A DNA stretch of 26,076 bases from Octopus sinensis (lineage: Eukaryota), in NCBI RefSeq assembly GCF_006345805.1, contig NW_021835660.1:1-26076 (forward strand). Reading direction: 5' to 3'. Below, in pieces: positions 1-9,480 of this stretch. The stretch's first letter is position 1; every line of letters begins with the position of its first letter. The notes beneath the pieces are model-generated. The model made no database searches, was not told the DNA's origin, and worked only from the letters and a program-made list of their open reading frames with translations. Made by a program: the position numbers and the translations under genes.

Positions 1-512
1 TGCATAACTTGTGATCGTGGCTCTCTGCGTGGCTGAGGGCATGTCTGAGAGGGCCATTATGAACAGTAGTGTTCCCAGAACAGTGCCCTGCGGAACACTG
101 CTCACTATTTGCGTGTTAATGGAAGTGACCCCATTGGCTACTACCACCTGAATTCTATCTTTCAGAAAGTCATGAAGCCATTCTCCCAGTTTTCCAACTA
201 TGTTGAGATCACGCAGTTTGTGACATATCATTCCATGATCGACTTTATTAAAGGCCTTTGCAAAGTCGAGATATATCACTTCCACATTTGAGTGGTTGAG
301 CAGCCGTTTCAGCACCCAGTCATAGTGTTATAGGAGCTGAGTTAAACAGCTTCTCCCTGGTCGGAAACCATGTTGGGAGTCGGGCAGCAAGTCATTTTCT
401 TCAAGGAAGGTGATCAGCTTCCTTCTGACTATTCGTTCCATGACCTTGCTGATGTGTGAGGTCAGAGAGATAGGTCTATAGTTCTTGGCTTCCGCTCTGC
501 TACCTCCTTTGA
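1..512 (-). mobile_element. CR1/L2-type LINE reverse transcriptase fragment, 5'-truncated, runs off the window start
   Basis: Manual minus-strand translation: KGGSRAEAKNYRPISLTSHISKVMERIV...QHGFRPGRSCLTQLL*...VIYLDFAKAFNKVDH...SSVPQGTVLGTLLF...TSYA. These are the NYRPISL, QHGFR, LDFxKAFD and PQG RT motifs. One in-frame stop at 328-330. Confidence 0.9.
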
Positions 513-739
513 TCTACTATTTGGACATTCGTTGTGTTAAATGTGCTATAATTCGAAGTAATCTTATTTTCGTTTTGTGAAATTTAGTGATGTATATAAA
601 AACTTGCTATACTGGCCTGAATCCTATGAAGCTTGGCTGTCGGATGAAGTAAAGCCAAGTGATTGATCTAGAGACAACAAAAACTGAATTCATGTTACGG
701 GTTTATTTTTTAGTTGTTTTTAAACATTTTACTTAACAG

Positions 740-873
740 CAGTCGAAGTGTTAGAGAAACACATGAAGAAAGATAGGACAAACTCCAATCTCAGAGACAA
801 CGAAATGCCGTGGAGACACAAGAGTAACAAGAAGCAAGACGTCAGTTTGAAACAACCAGGAAAGTCTGCCTGA
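740..873 (+). other. Candidate terminal coding exon of an unknown gene (speculative)
   Basis: Pyrimidine-rich acceptor ttttacttaacAG(cAG) at 738-742, then an open frame VEVLEKHMKKDRTNSNLRDNEMPWRHKSNKKQDVSLKQPGKSA* in unique, purine-rich sequence. No homology recognised. Confidence 0.2.
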
Positions 874-1344
874 GGGAAGAAGTCAAGTTGGAAGATAGAT
901 GACAATCGGTGCCTTATGAATAGATTTGCGTACAGTACAGACGGAGCGAAGACCACGTGATCGCTAGTATTAGTATAAACATCATAAACTCTATACAATC
1001 GAAGTCAGGAAATTGTGTTGCTGCTTAAGCATTGTTCCAAAATATTACTTTTAAGTAATACTTTTCATTAAAAGTATTAATTAATGTTCTAAAAATCTAT
1101 GAGTGTGTATGGGAATATTCATTCTGTATGCCCCTGTGCCGTTGCATAGATATCGATTTATGTACTCTCATAGACACACTGATATACACAGAATAATATA
1201 GTCATGTATATTATATATATATATTCTCACATATAGATCAGCACACACACACATATTAAAACATAAATCAATAAAACCTATTAATTAAACATTTCAAAAA
1301 TAAGTTGTATTGATATGTTTTAATGTGTGCCTGTCTATATAAAT

Positions 1345-1620
1345 ATATAAGCATATATATATTATAATATCTATATAAGCATATATATATATATATATAT
1401 ATATTATAATATATATATATATATAATATATATATTTATATGTATATATATGCTATATATATGCGTATATATATATGTATGTATGTATATTATGAGTATA
1501 TATATGCGTATATATATATATGTATGTATGTATATATATGCGTATATATATGCGTATATATACATACATACGCATATATGCATATGCATACATGTATGCA
1601 CATATGTATACCTAAATATA
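1345..1620. repeat. Compound (TA)n/(TATG)n/(TATGCG) microsatellite
   Basis: Low-complexity run seen directly. It explains the spurious YI-rich ORFs. Confidence 0.95.
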
Positions 1621-1678
1621 TATGGGGCGAGTCAAAATCTACTTAGAAACATGTGTGTGTGTGTACTGTTCTATATAT

Positions 1679-1875
1679 GCGCGGCCGCAAGTTGGTAAGA
1701 AGCGCTACACTCTGGTCACTGCTGAGAAATCCGTCAGGGGGTAGAAAATATTTTATGTGTACATATGTGCGTTTGATCGCGCGGCCGTCAGTTCGTAAAC
1801 AGCCCTACACAATGGTCACTGCTGTAAGATCCGTCGGGCGGCAGAAAAATATTTTATGTGTGCGTGTGTTCGTCT
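1679..1875. repeat. Diverged two-copy direct repeat with a 100-bp period
   Basis: gcgcggccg starts at 1679 and 1779. Both units share ctacac, tggtcactgctg, atccgtc and agaaaa(a)tattttatgtgt. Confidence 0.85.
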
Positions 1876-2061
1876 AATCATGCCTTGTCAAAGAAGCCCC
1901 CCGTCGTCAAAACATATAATACACCTAATATTCTTTAAATAGTCAGAACTTTAGTCTCGGTCACAAAGAACATCTAAGCACCCCGTGCTCTCACCCACCG
2001 GAATGACCGCTGCCTGACCCGTTAAAATCTTCAACGCACCCACCACCCGTTTTCAACATAC

Positions 2062-2167
2062 ATTGATAAACAGTTTGGCCATGGGCTCTTAGGAGCCTCG
2101 TTCGATTTGTTTGGCTCCGCCTCTTTCTGTTTTTGTTTTTTTTTTCCAACGGATTTCCTATTTCTTC
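2062..2167 (-). other. Candidate internal exon (106 nt) of an unknown gene (speculative)
   Basis: Minus-strand acceptor tgtctttctcttCAG|G at 2168-2170 and donor AT|GTATGT at 2056-2061. Two of three frames are open, e.g. RNRKSVGKKKQKQKEAEPNKSNEAPKSPWPNCLS. Confidence 0.3.
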
Positions 2168-2635
2168 CTGAAGAGAAAGACACAATATGGTCTCCTTATT
2201 CAATCGGAATTTGGTAAATTGTGCCTTTCGAAACACGTGTAGAATGCAATAAAACGATTTCTGTTCATCTTCGTTCGTTCAACTCCATTTCTTCATTCAC
2301 TAATAATATTAAAATTCAATTATCCGCACCAACGCACGGTTGCAACACCATATGGTTGTACCTCCAACCATGCTGTCTTCTGCTGTGATTTTTGCTACCA
2401 AGGTATCGGTTAAACTTTTGATTAATCTGCAACAAGATTATTCATCTTTCTATTTCACAAAATATATATATATATATATATACATACATACGTTAGGAAC
2501 GTATTAGTGTACAAAATAGAGCTCATTGTTCCTTAGAATTACACATAGCCAGGAGTATTGACTAAATAGCTGTCTAAACGTACTCCTTTCTGTTGACTCT
2601 ATTCAATTTATATATATAAATATGTGGTGTGTACG

Positions 2636-2638
<3 letters not shown>

Positions 2639-2703
<65 letters not shown>
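2639..2703. repeat. (TA)n microsatellite
   Basis: Pure dinucleotide run. Confidence 0.97.
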
Positions 2704-2710
<7 letters not shown>

Positions 2711-2859
2711 GACACGAACTCACATAAAGAATCTTGCAAACCAAATCCTAAAACGAAATAATATATATTATATATGTATGTGTGTAGGTATGATTGTATG
2801 TACGAATAGTTGTTTATGTATATATGTGTATAGAGTGTTTCAAGTGTCCTTATTAGTCG

Positions 2860-3170
2860 AAAGACACCTGTTGTTATTCTTTTGTTATTTGTATTTGTAA
2901 TCGTGTAACATTTTCCCTGTTTTCTCGTCTTTTTGTCGGTGCTATACCCATTCGCTTGCTTTCTTCCAAACATTTAATGCTCTTGGCTTAGATTTTTTGG
3001 GTCAAGTGTAACAGGCCGAAACTGTAATGATAGTTGGAAGCTTGACTGATGAATAGAAGGCTATGAATGAGCCCTCCTCATTTTCCTGTCCGTCATTATA
3101 TCGTCTATCTGTCCGTATGTTTTTATTGTCGTCCGTTACGTTCTTATTCCTTTTTCTGGATTTATATATA
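2860..3170 (+). mobile_element. Probable Penelope-like terminal fragment with a degenerate hammerhead-like motif
   Basis: T-rich tract ending in TA repeats. CTGATGA at 3046-3052, stem ATAG/CTAT with AAGG loop, then GAA at 3065-3067. Stems I and III are non-canonical. Confidence 0.45.
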
Positions 3171-3181
3171 CATATATTGTA

Positions 3182-3317
3182 TATTGAGAAAAAGGAGGCA
3201 GTCGGAATTTTGGATAATTCGTCAACATTTTGTGATTTTGCATTGACGAGTTCGTAAATGAACTAAAGCGCTAATAAAACATTATCCAAAGTTCTGACTG
3301 CCTCCTTTTTCTCAATA
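3182..3317. mobile_element. 136-bp MITE-like element with 37-bp inverted termini, homologous to the PLE pseudo-LTR ends of 4525-7604
   Basis: 3182-3218 and 3281-3317 match at 35/37. The interior holds TTGACGA-GTTC-gtaaat-GAAC-TAAA-GCGCT-A, a degenerate hammerhead also seen at 7514-7545. Confidence 0.8.
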
Positions 3318-3344
3318 TGGTTGACCAGTAACTCCAAAACTTTT

Positions 3345-3351
<7 letters not shown>

Positions 3352-3392
<41 letters not shown>

Positions 3393-3413
3393 ACTCACTC
3401 TCTCTCTCTCTCT
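3352..3413. repeat. (TC)n/(ACTC)n microsatellite
   Basis: Seen directly. Confidence 0.95.
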
Positions 3414-3551
3414 GTTTATTTCCTTGTGTTCCTTTCAGTTGAAGAGCGTAGGTTCGAAACGGAAAAGACTTTCTCATCCTCCCGAAAGTCAAACTAATAC
3501 ACCAGTTTGTTGTTTATACACCTGTCTTCGTTATTGTTTTTTGTAAATTTC

Positions 3552-3556
<5 letters not shown>
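3414..3556 (+). mobile_element. Penelope-like 3' terminal fragment with a degenerate hammerhead-like motif
   Basis: CAGTTGA-A-GAGC-gtag-GTTC-GAAAC at 3436-3460 parallels the motif at 6516-6547. The fragment ends directly in (TA)n at 3557. Confidence 0.55.
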
Positions 3557-3599
<43 letters not shown>

Positions 3600-4691
3600 T
3601 TCTATATACATACACATACACACACATGTGTGTTTGAGATAGAGAGAGAAGAGAGAGAGAAAATTGCGGGGTGTTTTTTTTAGCAAAATGCCAGCGTCTT
3701 TCAGGACAAAATCTTTGGAAGCTGTTCGCATGCTTTACTGCCTCAGACTCCCACTCCGTTTGTTGTTTTACTTTTCTTTCCTCAAGCGTGACCGACAGGC
3801 CACACACATTGCGTTTTATTACATATAATGTTGTTGTTGATGCAGTAGTAGTAGTAGGAAGAGGAGGAGGAGGAGGGGAGGCGGAGGAGGAGTTGCAGCA
3901 ACATTATAAGCAATAAATAAAAGGATGAGGGAATGGAATTTTTTACAAGAAGCAATAGATAATAGTTTATTAAACAAAACTAATAAACAAAATCGAGAAA
4001 GAGGGCATAACAGTGTTATAGATGATATGTGTGTGAAACGGTAGAGCCACTGCCTCCCACACGTACATATGGCCCTGTCTGTATAGAGGAAGGAAGGAGA
4101 CACAAAGAAATGGAAGGTGTTGGAGAAAAATAGATGATTAATATGAAAATGACGCTTAGCTAAATTCACAATCGTTCTTTTTTGTTTTTAATTACAAGAT
4201 TACAGACTGGAGACGCACTTCTTAAAGTTACTCTCTCTATTATAATTACACATTTTTTAAACATTTAAATAAATTGTTGTGCAGTTGTTTCTCGTATGCG
4301 AAGTTTTGTTTTATGTGTAATGAATTTATGAAAACGTCAGAGAGATTTAAGAGATTTAAGTAGCTGGTTAAACTCTCCTATCGTCTCTTATATATATATA
4401 TATATATATTATGAATGTTGTGTGTGTGTGTGTGTGTGTGGTGTGTGTGTGTGTGGGTGTGTGGAGAGAGAGAGAGAAGAGTGTGGTGTGTGTGTGTTTG
4501 TTAGATGTGATGTACAGAATTGAATATTTAGAAAAAGTTGTCAGAATTTTGGAAAAAAAATCCTATCTCTTTATTATTATTAGCGCTTTCGTTCCTCTCT
4601 AGTACTTATAAAAAAAAAACAGATTTTGGGGGTTTTGTTTAGAAGAGTACGTTGTTTCTGTTTTTTAGGGGTGAGGTTCCAAGTCAGTGGA

Positions 4692-4708
4692 GATGGATAG
4701 ATAGAAAT

Positions 4709-4746
<38 letters not shown>

Positions 4747-4775
4747 GGGCAGATAGATAGACAGACATACAGATG
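4692..4775. repeat. (GATA)n microsatellite expanded in the left arm only
   Basis: The paralogous right arm (~7355-7395) has only a short interrupted version. Confidence 0.9.
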
Positions 4776-4885
4776 GGTAGAGAGAAAGAGAGAGAAGGGA
4801 TATCCACATTCCTATTCACCATTCATTCATTTATTTTTTCCTTTACCATTGTATTGGAATGGGTTTAATGCTAGTGACCACTTTA

Positions 4886-6153
4886 GATTTCTTTATTGGC
4901 CACGCAAGGCTAAACATAGAAGGGACAAAATACAAAGTAGAGTTTTTCTTTTCGGGAAGAAGAGATGGAGGAAAGGGGGGGGCGAATTCCGATCAAAGGG
5001 GATCGTGAAAAATAGTGGGGCCGATCAATAGGGATCATGTATCACAAAAATGTCAATGTAAAAAGGGAAAACAAATTAGGTTTGTCCGTGGATGGAAAAG
5101 TCTACGGAAAAGACCACGGGAACCTTGGGCAATAGTGTCATGCAAAAAGAAAACACATTACAGTAAGTGGGTCTCTTTTTTCCTTTCGTTTTTTTCTTTT
5201 GGTTCATAGGATTATGCTCAAGCTGGTTCCGTCATTCACACGTGCCATCCTTGATACATTCACCCATCTTTTTTTGAAGCATTCACTAGACAAAACTTTC
5301 TTCTCTACTCTCACTTTCGTCTTGAAGTGATACTTGAAGAAGTTGATGAGAGATTGACTAGCGAGGAAAGTTTTTGTTTCTAGACCTTTCAGACGCATCC
5401 ACCATACACATTCTTTCGTCATAGCCACAAGTACGATGAAAATGGCTCTTACTTCCCGTTTCAAGGAAGGCGGCGCGACAATATTCACGATAGACTCGGT
5501 TGATAAACCGACTCGTCCTACACGTGGCAGCAGTCGTTCGACATAGGCCTAGAGGTCGGAAATGGTTGGACACTGCACGAGTGCATGCAGGACGGTTTCG
5601 TCGTTCTGACCGCATCTCGGAGTGATCAGCCCCGTGTTTCTCGAGCCATGCCTGTAGAGCTTATCCCGAACGAGTAGTGCTTCTCGATAGCACTGCCAAG
5701 CCAGGGATCTCTGGAAGTTGTCCATAGGTCCCGGCCCGAAATTCGTCTTGAACAGGCGGGTCAGGTATTCCTCGTCGACGCCCAGGTTCGCCCTGACATC
5801 GTCGTCGTACCTCCCCTCCACTAATCCTCTATAGAATGCTTTGGTTGTGTTAAAGTCGCTCAAGGTCGACCCGGGACGGCATAGTTGCTCGAGAGCAACG
5901 GGACACTCGCGGTGCCATTCGCCCTTCCTCGGCCTCTTCTTGATCCACGACTGCAGCTAGGTCATGGTGACGAGCTGCGGGAAAGCGCTCCGCACAAACG
6001 GCGACCACACCTGTTCACCGTCGTCTACGTAGAGCTGGAGATGTCGCAGTCTCAGCGCGTGTCTGTGCATCATCAACCACGGCATGCCCAATCCTCCTTT
6101 TAACGGGTGTTGACAGCAAATGGATCGCCTGACCATCGGAACGCATCCTTTGG
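4886..6153 (-). mobile_element. 5'-truncated L1/Tx1-clade LINE: ORF2 C-terminus with CCHC-type zinc-finger region plus 3' UTR; 8-bp TSD CCACTTTA
   Basis: Reading KGCVPMVRRSICCQHPLKGGLGMPWL...SLAWQCYREAL...PRCGQNDETVLHALVQCPTI...KRWVNVSRMARVNDGTSLSIIL* (stop at 5204-5206), with internal stops and a frameshift. AATAAA lies near the 3' end. CCACTTTA occurs at 4878-4885 and 6154-6161. Confidence 0.9.
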
Positions 6154-6423
6154 CCACTTTAAAAAATAAAATAAACAGGTTTGGTTTGGTCATCACTGAA
6201 AGTAGTTTTGCTTTCTTTCTAACTCTCTTCTTTTTCCTTTTCCCTTTTTCTTTCCTTTTTCCTTCCTTTGAGTTATATTTAGAATATGCCCCTTAAAAAT
6301 ATTCATTTTTGGAAAGAATTTTTTAATAAAGTGTAGTTCTGCATAAAAATACATTAGTATAATATTTGCAAATTAACAATTTGAAAAATCAATCAGTAAA
6401 TAAAACGAATATATATATGTATA

Positions 6424-6627
6424 TAGTTAATCCAAACATGAAAACACAACAACGCGAGGACGTGGAACAAATATAGTATTATTGGACGCTCAGGAAAGAA
6501 GGAAAGAAGGGGGGGTTAACGTTTCGAGCGGAGCTCTTCGTCAGAAACATAGGAAAAGGAAAGAAGGGAAGACGGAGGAAAAAAAATCGCCAACGGTACA
6601 CACGCGGTCACATTTTGAATGTGACTA
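6424..6627 (-). mobile_element. Penelope-like 3' terminal fragment nested in TA/CA repeats
   Basis: Contains the minimal hammerhead at 6516-6547. Flanked on both sides by (TA)n-rich runs. Confidence 0.7.
6516..6547 (-). ncRNA. Minimal type I hammerhead ribozyme (extra A after A9, weak stem I)
   Basis: UUU-CUGACGA-A-GAGC-UCC-GCUC-GAA-ACGU-U-AA. Palindromic stem III ACGU, GUU triplet, stem I only 2 bp. Confidence 0.6.
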
Positions 6628-6648
6628 TATATATATATATATATATAT

Positions 6649-6703
<55 letters not shown>

Positions 6704-6724
6704 TACATACATACATACATACAT
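6628..6724. repeat. Compound (TA)n/(CA)n/(TACA)n microsatellite
   Basis: Seen directly. Confidence 0.95.
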
Positions 6725-7745
6725 ATGCCTAAAGCTAGAACATTCCAATGCTACGCATATATATATCTGAACATTTGTAGAGATGAGCCACATTCGGAAT
6801 AGCGAATTCAAATTCTCCACTTTACCTTCAAACATTCAATTTTAGGGAGGATTCCTTGATGAGGTGTGTGGTTGGGAATACGTCCATGTTTATACTGTGT
6901 AACTGTGACCAATTCCATGGTTTTGCGTTAGAGAACATTAGTATAACACTTACAAAAGGTACTGACTCAGCTTTTCTTTCAAACATTAACTTTGGAGAGA
7001 ACTTTTTGATGAATTGTAGTTCCATTGCTTTTCGGTATTGCGGATTGTATGTTCATGCAGAACCACACTTTATCAAAAAAAAATTACCTCCAAAAATGAA
7101 TGTTTGGAAGGAGTATATACTAAACATAACTCAAAGAGGAGGAAAAAGAAGAAAAAAAGGAGAGAAAGGGAAAAAGGAAAAATGTGATAGAAAAAAAGCA
7201 AAAAAGTCTTTCAGTGATGACCAAACCACGCCTGTTTTTTTTTTTTAAGTGGTCACCATCTTTAAACTAGTTCCAATACAATGGTAAAGGAAAAAGTAAA
7301 TGAATGAATGAGGAATAGGAAGGTGGATACCCCTTCTCTCTCTTTCCCTCTGCCCATCAGCCTATCAACCTACCTATATTTCTATCTATCCATCTCCATT
7401 GTCTTGGAACTTCACCCCGAAACAAAAAGAAATTATGTTTTCTTCCAGCCCCCCCCCCCCAAAGCATGTTTTATATAAATGAAGAAGCTGTTTGTACATT
7501 CACAAGATTGTATTTGACGAGTTCTAGAGAGGAACGAAAACGCTAATAATAAGGAAGAAATAAAAGGATTTTTTCCAAAATTTTGACGACTTTTTTTCTC
7601 AATATATATAGATAGATAGATAGATGTAAACACCTATGCCACACCAAGGACCAACCCCAGAGCTGGGTCTACTGTTTGAATTGGATTTGGTACTTGGATA
7701 TTACAGTATCCTAAAAACACTTGATATCTTCAATGTTGTTCACCT

Positions 7746-7898
7746 CTGTGTGAGCCCTAAATTATCGTACCTGTGTGAGCCCTAAATTATCGTACCTGTG
7801 TGAGCCCTAAATTATCGTACCTGTGTGAGCCCTAAATTATCGTACCTGTGTGAGCCCTAAATTATCGTACCTGTGTGAGCCCTAAATTATCGCACCTG
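7746..7898. repeat. Minisatellite, 6 x 25 bp (ctgtgtgagccctaaattatcgtac)
   Basis: Units start at 7746, 7771, 7796, 7821, 7846 and 7871. They are identical except for one T>C in the last unit, with no spacers. Confidence 0.97.
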
Positions 7899-8011
7899 AC
7901 CGTTTCTGGCCTCCCACATGTTGATATGCCCCTATTCCAATGAAGCTCTCTAACTAAATTACATTATAATGCGTGTGCGTGTGTGTGTGTGTGTGTGTGC
8001 GTGTGTGTGTG

Positions 8012-9242
8012 TAAGGTTAGAAAGAAAGTCCCCTTTTGAAGGCAATTTTCAATGCTAATGGTAAAATAAGCATTCATTTTTACATTCTAATATTTTTGCT
8101 TTCTTTCTTTGCAAACTGCTTTATACTATAATGGTTAAATTCATATGGATTTTATTTTTGAAAATGAGTTTGGTTGAAACCTGTATCAGACAATGCCTTT
8201 TTGAATTTGAAAGTGATTCTTCAGGAAAAGAAGGGGCAAAAAAAAAAAATCTTCTTATCTATGTAAATGAAGCTTTTAGCTTCTGAGCATGCCAACGAGG
8301 ATTTGAACAGTTTTCATTGACATGTATTACTTTCAAAAACTCCCTTCGATCGGAAAAACCAACTTTTGTCAATACTGAACTTCTAAAACCTGTAATTGAG
8401 CAAAATCCAGTCAGCAGAAGGTTCCGTGGGTTCGATTCAAGTGAGAATTCGATCATAAAACATTTCCATGAAATAGGAAAAAGTGTCTAAATTTGGTTAG
8501 TGGGTCTCTTGTCTTACTGCTTCTCAGCTTAATCAAAGACTCGTTTTCTGCCCGTCATTAAAAAACCAGGCTTACTACTGAACCTTTTCTGGACAGAATC
8601 ACCACAAGTAACAAAGTGTGTTCTCTATAATCGTATCTAACGAATTCTAAATGGTTACCACCCAGTGTAAAAGGAGAGTTCACCCCCAAACTAGAACGAC
8701 ATCCGAAAAAGATTGTTTCGTGTTTCATGGGATTTGAAAGGTGTCATCTATCATGAAGTGATAAACAAAAACGAAACAGTTTGGCTAAGAATTGTCAATT
8801 GGAGGCATGGCACAAAAATTCTCAGAAAAGGCCCTTCTCGTTGGTCATTCGTTAAGCCACGTTGCTTATACACGATAATGCAGGACCACATATTGCCCAA
8901 GTCAATCAAGAAAAGATTATGGCCCTAAATATGAATATTCTGACCGATCCTCCTTGCTCTTTTCATCTTGCTCCATCTGATTATCATCTTTTCAGATCAT
9001 TTTGCATCAATATTTAAAGGTTCAAAAGTTAATTAATTGTGAAGAAGTTAAAAATGATATTAAGTATGTTTTTTACTTCGATACCTGAATAGTTTTATGT
9101 CCGAGGCGTCAACAATTTCCCAAATGGTATTATACTGGTAATGAGGTGAATATTATCATGTACAAATATATCAATTAACGCCGAAGAAGTATTTGTTTCT
9201 TTTTCTTCAAATGCGACAGGACCTTCTTTCCAAACTAAAATA
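8012..9242 (+). mobile_element. Full-length decayed mariner (DD34D) transposon with residual TIRs
   Basis: Frameshifted motifs MSLVETCIRQCL (ATG at 8164), RS..P, KFG*WV, EPFLDRITT, HPKK, WDLKGVIYHE, LLIHDNAGPH (8871) and LAPSDYHLFRS (8968-9000). Termini aaggttagaaagaaagtccc and the reverse complement tagtttggaaagaaggtcct. About 1.23 kb. Confidence 0.88.
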
Positions 9243-9315
9243 TATTCTTTATATCTGATTTACTATTTCAATTAAAAATTTCGAAAAACATTTAACATTT
9301 ATCCGTAGATCCTAT

Positions 9316-9480
9316 TACCACCCCCACTATCACCACCGCCAACACTACATCATCAATACCACCACCAACACCACCACTATCATCGTCGTTCTCATCATCT
9401 CCAATTTCATCACCACCACTAGCACCTTCATCGTCATCATCCTCATCATCAGTACAATCAGCATGAACATCATCATTATT
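9316..9480. repeat. Degenerate (CAC/CAT)n trinucleotide repeat
   Basis: Seen directly. Confidence 0.85.

Larger units (their letters stand above)
4525..7604 (-). mobile_element. Old Penelope-like element with long (~550 bp) inverted pseudo-LTR arms, interrupted by L1/Tx1 and a second PLE fragment
   Basis: Left arm 4525-4885 plus 6154-6345 is the reverse complement of right arm ~7055-7604 (roughly 75-85% identity by eye). Hammerhead remnants lie at 4581-4605 (minus) and 7511-7548 (plus). A GIY-YIG-like C-terminus QYRKAMELQFIKKFSPKL lies at 7040-6987 on the minus strand. Confidence 0.7.

Noticed and set aside
625-662. Hairpin cttggct...agccaag with GGATGAAG as a possible hammerhead
   Set aside because: No CUGA core and no downstream GAAA; a 7-bp stem is expected by chance.
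1404-1698. ORFs rich in Y/I/C/V/H/T here and at 2608-2973, 6482-6835, 9847-10215, 11228-12147, 13522-13850 and 20511-21334
   Set aside because: They are translations of (TA)n, (CA)n and (TATG)n microsatellites.
6856-7248. 130-aa plus-strand ORF
   Set aside because: It is antisense to the GIY-YIG-like remnant, and its K-rich end is the purine tract of the repeat arm.
7746-7898. CRISPR-like regular repeat
   Set aside because: Units are contiguous with no unique spacers, the context is eukaryotic and there are no cas genes.
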